Positions 50,001 through 61,000 of a stretch of DNA of 64,000 nucleotides are shown here, one piece after another; position 1 is the stretch's first letter; each line of letters begins with the position of its first letter. The notes below the pieces were generated by a model that saw nothing but the letters and a program-made list of their open reading frames with translations, ran no database searches and had not been told where the DNA came from. This DNA is from Podarcis cretensis (lineage: Eukaryota). Location: assembly GCA_951804945.1 (NCBI GenBank), contig OX638156.1, forward strand, positions 40,610,001 through 40,674,000, read 5' to 3'. Both the position numbers and the translations under genes were made by a program.

Positions 50001-53000
50001 AAAACCCCCAGAATGCCACTGAACTATTAAGCACCAGATTGAGGAATCTGAGTCAGAGCAGGCTTTTGCAGAGCTAGAGAAACTTCTATGGTTTCACAGG
50101 TATAAATTGCATTGAACCATCAAAATGCAAGATTAGAAGCCACTAGAAAGAGATATGCCCATGGTGGCAAGATCTGCACTTCTGCATCAAGATGCTCTTC
50201 TCTTTGCATCTTCCCACAATGGAGCCCTACAGGAACTCCAGGTCAAGCAGTTGTCCTCCCTAGAGTTCAGGCTTCCACAGTAGATGCTAAGTGGCAAGTC
50301 CGGTTTAGTTACCACCAAAAAGACCAAGGGGATTTCTTGTTCAAGGAGCAGAAGGGAAAGAATTTGGCTGCAGTTTTATGGAAATAAATGGGGGCAAAAA
50401 GGAAGAATTAAACAGCAATACTGCCAAGGATGGAGATACCAGGGGGGCAACATGGATTCAATTGAAGTAAAAAAAAAAGTGGGGCTGAAGAAGAGACTGT
50501 AATGTTAACTAACATGGTGTCCACTCAGCTTGGAGATGGATACATGAACACTTTCCAGTTGTCCTCTATCCATAGAAACAAAATAGCTTATTCACATGTT
50601 TTAAATATAGTGCCAGAGATTACACAGGATTTAGACAATGCATAGATATGTTAATATGAATTTTAATTGGCTGTAACTTGCTTTGGGTTGCCTTGGGAAA
50701 TATAAAGTGACTAACAAATTTAATAATAAACAAATAAATATGTAACATTTTAACAGACATGTCACTGTTCAGTTTCCTCACATTCATTCTGCCAATGAAA
50801 CCATTTAGAAATTACCACTATAGCAGAAAACATTTCCCCTGCTGGTGCAATCCCTAGTAGCGCTGCTAATACCTCCCAAAAGAAAGCCCTGCAGGGACAC
50901 GGCCAGTTAGGGTAGAGAATACTGAGCCAATGGCCCAATGGTCTGAATAGATACAAGGCTGCTTCCATGTTCCTGTCACCTATGCTTGTGTAGCTGCTTT
51001 CCATGTTAAGCACTCTCCAGCTTGGCCTTTTACAGGGGCAGCACACAATTCAGGATCTTAGGCTGTATATTTATTTTCATCTGTAGACCACCAGCTTCAA
51101 AGAACTCAGATATGGAAAACAGCCATTCTAAAGAGTTAAATACCAACAGCGGATTGGCCCACCAAGCTCACAGCCAATCCTGTGGAGGCACCAGGCAAAG
51201 GAGCAAGCAACTGAGCAACTCATATAGGAGGACTCTAATTAGTTCAGCTTCAGAAACTAGATACAGTAACCTTGTAACTTAAATATATTTAATTTGTGCG
51301 AATTCAGCTTTTTGTGCTTGGCAAATAAATTAAAAGGGGGGCAGGCATCTGAGGGGGAGGGCGACTTTCACAATATCCTCCAATGTGTTTTGGCCATATG
51401 TGATTTTGGCTTTTGGTGCTTTCCCCATAATATACCCCCCCCCTAAATTTCAGGCTTACTGTATAGCCTTCACCAAACTCATGCCTATTCAGCTGTTTTG
51501 GGTTGCAGCTCCCATCGGCTGTGCTGGGGAAAGCTGATAGTCCAAAACAGATGAGAGGGCCCTAAGGTGGCAAAAGCAAAGCCATTCACACTTTTACTTG
51601 CTGACCTGAGTGGAACTCACTCCCACCTCAGTGCAGAGGTCCATGACATGTGCTCCTCTCTGTCACAATAAAGGCTAAAGCCGCCACCCAAGTCCTCCAC
51701 AGACTCCTAACACAGTTCCAAATCGAGGCACTCAGGTGTTCAGATTCACCCATGTCATAAGCATTCGACTGTAATGGATGCACAAGGTTCAGCAACACCG
51801 GCAGCAAGGCTTCCTTATTCACAAAGCACCCCCACTGTCCTCAGTCTGCTGGCACCCAACAGCTGCCAGAACTAGCTTTTGGGGGAGGGGGCGCTCCTGG
51901 ACAACTATCGGGGTTCCCATGCAGCTTCATCCCTCATTTTATCTACACAATTGACTTTACCCCTTTTAAACACAAGAAGCAAATCAATTATTTGGAAAAT
52001 CATGGTGTCCGAGTAGTCAGAAGTTCATCATGGACTAGATTGTTAACAGTATCATTAGCACTGGGAATTCATTCACAAACATTAATTTTTGTTGAGATTC
52101 CTTTCTTGTGGTCACAGAAGTAACCTGTTAGCTCTAATGACAGTGCATACATGGCTTTCCTAGCCCAAACTCTCTTGGAAAAATTAAATGAAACTTATGC
52201 CCAATGTCTGCCTGCTCCATAAAAGACAGCATCGGCAAAGTTTTGAGTGAGGGAGGGAGTGATCACAGAAGTACTTGAAATATCACTGTTTAAAAGTTGC
52301 AGATATGCCCGTGATCTCATGCCTCTTAACTTTGCACATGGATTTTAACTGCTGCATAAGCTATGCTGTATTTAAATAGTCTTGTAAGTCATTTTGTGAG
52401 CAGCAGTGAAATGGTACCACCACCACCAACTTCCTGTGAAAGGCAGGAGAAAGAAGTCAAGCCAGAGAGGAATCAAGACAGGCAAGCAGCACCTCTTTTC
52501 TCCTTCTCAGCACAGAGCAAGGTGAGGCCAACAGGGTGAGTGAGCAGACAAGGTCCATCATATGTCAACAGCGCATCAGACAGCTGCCTGTATTGTTCAT
52601 TTTGTACCCAGAGTGGGAACTCTGGTAAGGAACAACAGTCACTAAACCCAGAACTCTGGGGTGTAGAAGAATATGGTATAATGAATATCTAGACTTTAAC
52701 ATCTCTAAACGTGAACTTGGTCTCACCACCCCCATTAAAATACTGGAATGCCCAGGACCAGTGGGCAAGAAAAGATGGCAGTTCCTTATAGTTACAGGCA
52801 TGTGAAGCTTAACTTTATCTTGAGAAAGACCCCAAGGATGTGGAAAGCAATTGGACAGTAAAAGCCAGTTCTTATCCCAGCTCAGGAGAGGGCTGAGGAC
52901 TCAGATGGTACTTGGATACTGACTTCTTACATAGTTTGCTGAAAGAGGTGTTTGCAAGAAAAGTAATTTAAAAAGAGCCTCAAGGTTGTGCCTCTTCCTC

Positions 53001-56000
53001 CCCCCCCTCCAGTTACAGCCCCTGGCTGTAGGTACACACCTGTGGGAGGGGATCAGCACCTCCACCACCAGCCACCTGTGGAAGAAAAAAGAAGGCTTGG
53101 TATTGGTAGTAGCAGGGACCACATACCAGCCAAGGTTAGTTTTTGCTTGGAAGGGGTTCATATGGTACACATGTAACATGAGAGAATGCAGAACTTCAGA
53201 AGCACAAGCCAGACACAGGCAGGATTACCACAATATGACCAAGTCAGTTTTGTACTACTGGCCTGGTTTGCACACAAAGTGAAGTCATTGTTTGTTTGAC
53301 CATGTATATGGCACAAGTTGTACCACAGATAACAAAACAAACCATGGCTTTCTTTTCCGAAGTTTGGTTTCTTTTCAAGCTGATCTTGCCACATGTCTTT
53401 GTAGCTTGGTAGCTTTGTAGCTTAGTGAGGAGGTGGTGAGATGGCCAAAGAAATAGTGATTGAGGAAATGTGGTGGATTCATACATAATAGCAAGCCGTA
53501 ATTAAAAACTAAACAAGGTTCCAAAGCCAACAAGAACCCATGGCTTCAAATTGTGGTTTGTTGGCAGTAAACAAACCATAGTTAAGCCACTGGGCAGGGT
53601 ACAACCCAACCATGGTTTAAGAAACCATGGCTTAGCATTTTTTAGACACCAAGCCATTGCATTAACACATTACATGGCGAAAACTGGCACACACCTGGTT
53701 AGAGGGAGCCATTAATAAATACTAAGTGCATCAAACAACCTTGTGCATGATGCAAAACTGAACCAGTAAAGCTATCCTCCTGACCAATGTATTCTACTCA
53801 ATCACACTGTAACGTGAGAGCTGGGACTCACTTGGGTCACCCAAACATTTATGAGGCACTGAAGTCCACATATAATAAATTTATTTTCACACATGGAACA
53901 AGTTGGATGGCCATCTGTGATGGATGCTTTAGCTGAGATTGCAGGGGGTTAGACTAGATGGCCCTTGGGTCCCTTCCAACTCTAATTCCACTCCATGAAA
54001 AACCAGCTGCTGTCTGGGAAAAGTCTCACAGGGGCATTTTTTCCCCCTGACCCCCAGCCATGTGAATGACAAGCAACCCTTGCAGGTCAGGAAAGCATTT
54101 TCAGAGCAAATCTTGAACTGCTGAAAATACAGAAAGGCTGATCAAAACAGGTCCTGGCTTTCCAAAGTTCTGTGCTAGCTAGACAGCTGAGAACAGCACG
54201 GATGTCCTGCCTGAAGATCATACACACTTTTGACTCCATCACAGAGGACAGATTAATATATGAAGAAAAACAACAACACCACACACACACACACACACAC
54301 ACACAATGAGGAGCAAGAGCCTTCAGCAAATGGCAAATGCAAGTCAGGAGGGGTACCTGGTTATTTCTCAGAGATGCCTTCAGGGAAGGGCATTACAACT
54401 TCCCCTAATTCCAAAAAAGCACAATACTCTTTCATGATTAAGCAAATGATGAAGAGTCATAATTGTGCTGTCCATGGAGCTTTTGAGCGAAACAATCATG
54501 TTACCACCATAAGCCTAGGATTGTGCATTAAGGCCTCTTCTTCTTCCACAGACAGGTCAGGTTCTATTGCAATAATACACCCCAAGACAGAATGTCCCAG
54601 GACAGCCGCCCAGTTTCACTGCGCCAGCAGAGATTCCAGAAACACACAGAAGGTGTAGTAGCACATAAGATACCAAAGGCTGTATGGCAAAGACAATTCC
54701 AGTGAAAGGCGGGGGTGGAGGCTGAAGGAACACCATGAGTGGTAAAGATCATAATCATATACTAAGAGACACCAAGAAAGGCCACAGCAGTGAGCTTAAA
54801 GGCAACACTGCCAAGAGATCACTGAACAGAATGCACTACATCCATAGCAAGAGGGGCAACAGCATTGTCAGTGCTCCTGCTCTCAGCAGGGAGGGACTCC
54901 TAAAAACCTACAAACAGGCAGATTTTCTCTCCGAGTTGGTATGTGCAATTTTCACACAACATTTGTGCTTACTCCAGTTTAAGAATGAAAGTCATAATCC
55001 TGAGGTAGGTAGATGCTCTCCAGGCAAAGACAGCTGAACCAAGTAAGGTGACTTGTAGATGAACAATGAAATTCAACGTGCCATTTACCACTGCATTTGC
55101 ATCACAGAAGACCTCCTACCTTCAACATGCCTCCTCACTGTCCATACAGCATTGGGGTTACCAGGCAACTCTGAGACGGCCATTTCAGATACCTAGAGAA
55201 AGACATATTTTATTAATGCTAAAAAGCTTAAAACAGAGCTTTTCTCCACCAAATAAAAAGGACCTAATTATTACTATTACACAGGAGAAAACAAAAGAAT
55301 TATTCTGTCCTTCAACTACTATAAAAATGTTTTACACTGAACCCAACCACTGGAAAATCTAGCTCAGTATATTTCTCCAAAATCCCCAATGCACATGCTA
55401 TTTATGACTTCTTATGACATTCTCACACAGTGCAGCAAATGTGATTCACCCACCTGGCTCTAAAATCTAACCAAACTGTGAGATCAGTTAGGCTGACATT
55501 CTAGCCCAGGCATAGGCAAACTCGGCCCTCCAGATGTTTTGGGACTACAACTCCCATTGTACCTAGCTAACAGGACCAGTGGTCAGGGATGATGGGAATT
55601 GTGGTCTCCAAAACACCTGGAGGGCAGTGTTTGCCTATGCCTGTTCTAGCTCTACTCAGCTTCAGAATACACCAGTGAATCCATTCTCATCTAACAAAAA
55701 AGGTTTCACCCAAGAGGAAGATCCAGAATGGCTTTGCTCTTCATGTCCTGCCCTTCTTACCTCAAGTCCATGTCTAAGGACCCTCAGTGACGACCGAGGC
55801 CCCCTCCCACAGGCCACATATAACTGAGGGGTGTCTTCATTAGCCAGATCAGCTATCTGCACAGAAAGCAGCCAAGATGCAGGAATAAGAGAGGAAAGGT
55901 GACAGGTTGTTCGATTAAGATGGTTATCATTTTCGAAGCATCATAAATAGAGCTACAACATTTTACTCCCATTTACATATGTGATTGCGGCAAAGGTTCT

Positions 56001-57942
56001 CACATTTGCCACTTGATAAATCAGGTGCCGCAAGTGGCTCCCCCAAAGGGTTTTTGTTTCCACTCAATACCTCCAATATTTTAGGCCTTTTTTAAAAAAA
56101 ACAACTGCTTCCATAGATCCCCCACTGTCATGCAGGATTGGCAAAAAAAATGTGGCCTTCAAGCCATCCCTCTCCCAAATTTCACCTTTAAAAAAAAATT
56201 AAAAAATTCTGACTGCTCCCACTGGGAGTGGGCTCTCTCCTGACAGAATTCCCTCCCTTCAGATAGTCACTTCTGTAAAAATGCTGCACAATGACCTACA
56301 GCTGGCTCAACTTAAGAAAATATTATGCTAGCCCACTTTGCAAACTATTGGGGGTGCATAAAGTGTTAAGTCCTGGGCCCCTAACAAATCCCGTGCAAAA
56401 TTAAAAGTGGCAAAATTCAGAAGAGTGCAGTGCACTGGATACAACTTCCACCAAGTCAGACACTCTCTCATAGGGGTATCACCTCCTAACCTACAACCCA
56501 AAGTAGCAGCTGTGAAAATAAATGGTGGGAAGAGGAGGGACAGGCATGTTGCGCTAAGCAACTCTGTGGAAAAGTGAAATACAAACATGACAAAGAACTA
56601 ACTCACCTGCTTTGCGTTTCTGATCTAAAGGAGTTTTGGAAACTTATACCATTTTTGGAATTATTCTCAAGGTCTAGAGGGCTATGCAATGTCCAGCATC
56701 AGAGGTCAACACAGAATCCAGCAGCTTGTCACAAGCTATGGGACAAAGCACACAGCATACCTGACAACACAAGATGGGAGACAGACTGTCCAGTTCATCC
56801 ACCAGGACCAAGTTCTTGAGAGGCCGAGGCTGGAAAAAGAATGTGTCTCCTTCCTCCAAGGGCATGGCAGAGGAGAACTCTGGCTCCTCATCATCATCCC
56901 CCAGATGAGCAATCTGATAGAGGTAGCTGCAAAGAGAAGAGGGAGACACTAGGAGGGCCACTTCTGATGAAACTGGACCGTTTCCCCCCCACCCCAGGAT
57001 TTGCTATTTCAATTATGTCCAAGATGTAGGGCTGCTTGCTGAAGAAAACACTTTGAGGACAAAGGAGAGTAGCTGAGGGGCCAAGTTTAAGACACATCTT
57101 CACATCCTTATTTGTCTATCTCAGGAGTTGTGAACCTGGTCCCTACTGCCCACTAGTGGGCGTTTCAAGGTTCTAGGTGAGCGATAGGGGGTTCTAGGGA
57201 ACGAGCTGAATCCTCCTTCCATCGAGCACTGGTGGGCGGTGAGGAAATTTTACCATCAAGAAAGATGCATTAGTGGGCGGTAGGTATAAAAAGGTTGACT
57301 ACCCCTGGTCTATCTGTAGAAAAGGCAAACAATACGATACGCTCTCTGCCCCAGATCCTTTCTCTCTTCCTGTGAATGAAATATCACACCATGAGCTATA
57401 TGTGTATAGATGTGTTTGGGCCTCACTGGCTAAACAAATCCAAAATTTTATCCTGACATAATAACCCACAACACCCATGCTTGCTGTAAGATTCTGAAAA
57501 CAGGACACTGACACACTCCTTGATGAAATTGGCAAGATGAAACCAAGCAGGCAGGCCATACCTGTGGTTGGTTGCAAGGGTCTGAGATTCAGCCACAACC
57601 TGAACAATTTCCAAATTTGGAGAAGGAAAGGTAGCCAAAACTGCATGTGTGCTTTGCAGAACATCAACAGCAGTATCAAGCATAAAAATTCAGCAACCCT
57701 TCAGAAAGAAGTCAGAGATTTTACTTACTGGTTTCCAAACTCAGAAGCCACAAAGAGGAACCCAGTTTTCAGAACACACATGGCAGCAGCGACAGGAACT
57801 GTATCAAAGTACTTGAGTCGAATTTCTGTTACCTGAAACCACCACCACAAATGAGTTACTGCTTGAGCTAGATGTGAAAGTTCACACATCACCCATTCTT
57901 CCTCCCTCTCTCCCCCTCACACACAAGCAAACATTTCCCCCG

Positions 57943-58003
<61 letters not shown>

Positions 58004-61000
58004 AGCAAACAGTCATGAATACAGCAGGAGACGTACCATATCCTCATCAGTCTCCAAGGTGATTTTGAAGATGTCACCCTGCTCAGTCTGAGCCAAGAAG
58101 AAGAACATAGACTTGGTCTTGTGTGTAGCAGAGCAGACAAAAATCATGCCTCTTTCAGGGTCATCCAAGTCATTCTGCCAGAAGGAAGAGCAAGTCAGAC
58201 TCAAAGGCAGAAGCTGCCCTAATGGAATCATAGCTAGAAATCACCTGTTAATGGCTTCCCTCCTACTGCAAATATCACCCCTCTTTATAGCAGCTTTGCC
58301 AGGCTCCCTCACTGCTTCCTTCCATTCTGGTAAAGTTCTTCTCCTGCTAGTCCTCCTTCCTGGGCCCTTCTGGGATGCTGCTCCAGAGCCCTCTATCAAG
58401 CCCTCGCTTCTTTCGCTGGGCCTTGCAGGAGCTAGACACCTCACAATCCCTGGGTCCAGCTCTCCCCCCCCCCCACCATCAAATATCAATTTCCAACATG
58501 ATCTATTTATTAAATTAATTCTATCTCCCAACTCTTGTCAAAGCACCTCAAGAGACCTTACAAGTAAACATTAAAACATAAAATTAAACTACCAACAAAA
58601 AGAACAGACAAAGCAATGGTTTGCAGTGGAACAAAAACATGAACCTTAAAACTGCAGCTCAAGGGTCTCAAACACCCTCTGAAAGAGGACCATTGGTAGT
58701 TGCTGCCTGAAGGCTAAAGCAACAAAGGAGACTGTACCCCAACTCCACCAGATGGGAGGTACAGCCCTCTCTCAGTAATGTCTCTGACTGTCTAATATAG
58801 ATTTGCAATTTAAAAACTTCTAGACAGTGTCTTCTGTGTCCTGCACAGCACCAAGTACGTAATCACCAACAATGCTTGATCAGAAAGAAATGCCATCTCC
58901 ACAATAAGCATCAGAGAAGAGACATCAACTCATCACATCAAGCCACAACAGCGTTTTCACTTTCAGTTTACAATTAGCAGTACTTCCATACTTAAGTAAT
59001 AATTTCTATCATAATGGTTTCAGCTACTAGGAAATTAATATTTTTGTGGCTGATCCTATAATGAGCCACTCTACACCACATAACTCAGGCTGAAGACTAG
59101 GCACCGCTACCCTCAAATGACCTGCCTCCATCACCAGCTGCCACTACTGCTAGCCATCCAACTGGGTCCTTCCTCCCATAAAGCAAGGATAACCCAAATG
59201 CTCTCCTTGGTGCCGATCTCAAACCTTGCTCAGAATAAGGCACAGTGGGCAAGATCACCCTGCAAAGTGCTTGCATAGCTGCCATTTTGCTGTGATGAAA
59301 GCAAATACTGTTTAAGAGTATTTTCCACAGTTATGACAAAGTGGTGATGGAGCATGCACTTTCTAGAGCAACCTCATCCACAATTATTGCAAAGTCTACC
59401 AGCACAGCTGCTGGAGGTGGCAATGGTGGCCTGCCTGCCTAGCTCAGGCAGCACAGTCCCTTGTGGACTCTTCAGATATATTGTTACATAGATTCAAATT
59501 CCTAACGGTCCCTAAAAGTCTTAGCAAGATAATGAGCATTGAGAGAATTTTGGGAATTTTGCAAAATCGTAAGTCAACCTTTTGCTGCCAGCTCTTTCTA
59601 GCTGATATGGAAAAGGAGTTAACAAGTAAGGTGTGGCATGGAAAGACCCACTCCCCACTCCATGGAAGTCCAAGTTCACTAAGGACCTCAATGGAGCCTA
59701 CACAGCTTTGTTAATAATGCATTCATCTTCATACAAATGCTGCGTTTTTTGGCCAAACCTGAAAGGTGAACCATTTTTTCAGCTGCCCAGAGAATGCTAC
59801 TGGGATATTCCTTTAGGGTGAAAAAGGCTACAAGATCCTTACCCTTCTCCTGGGAATGGGACATCGGATATCTGGTTGGTCACCAAAATTTTTGTAGGTG
59901 ATGTAGTTTTCAGAACAAATCAGCACTCCACTGGGACCATCAGAACCTCCAGGGACTGACGAATAAAAGAAACATGTTGTAAGAAGCTGAAGAAGAGCAG
60001 CTCCATCTATAGTTTCGTCTGGTTCTTGTGGAACTGGTTTACCCAAGGTACACTTGAGAAAAAACTGCACATGTTTGCCACCATTTTCAGGCTGAAGAGG
60101 GGTCTGTGTTCAGGCAGAGGAAGTGAAAGCAAGAAGGGACTTGCAAATATCCAGTGTTACCCAACTGGTTGGCAAGCCAGCTTTCCTACTCTGGCTGCCC
60201 CTCCAGGCAATCCTGCCCTGTCCAGTATTGGCCTGGCTGCCAGACTACTTGGTAGTAATGTATTCGTGCTTGAATCTCTGCTGCAATAAGACAATGTCAT
60301 GGTTTGGGCTAAGGTGCAGACAATCATCAGGGTAGCAAAGAAAAGCACAGGAGTGAGAGGGTTACATATGGTGAGCTTTCATGAATCTGATGGTTTCTGC
60401 CTACTAACAGAGGTCTCCACTTTTTAACCTACTTTAGGTTTCCAATGTAGCGCATAGAGTGGAAATACTTGTTGCACTTTTGTAAAGCATGGCACAAAAG
60501 CAACTATCAAGGATAGTTGTAATGCTGTTGTACTTTTCATTCATCTAGTATGGCTTGAGCCTACAGAAAATGTGCATTTGTCTCAAGCAGTTCTCTTTCT
60601 GACATCTTAGGATAAAGCCTTTTCCCTAAAAGGACTGGAAATGGTAGCAGTACCTGTAATAAGGAAGTTGCCATGTTCTTCCAAGGGTTCACTGTATTTC
60701 CTGACAACATGGTTCAAACCCAGATCTAACTCATAAAATGTCAAGGTTTGCTGGGTGTTGGCTGCCGCTTCTCCTGTGGGGTCATTGTCAGCTTCCTGTG
60801 GAAAACAATACATGTACCAACAATAAATTAGTGTCATACTCTGCCTCGTAAGAGAACATACATTTGGATGCATTTTTAACGTAAGCTGTCCTGGAAATAT
60901 CAACTGAAGAATACTATATAAATGTTCATAATAAAATGAAAAAATTAAGAGTAATAAAGCAGACTGAAAAGGTTTGCCTGCACTGTAAGTGAAGGACCCG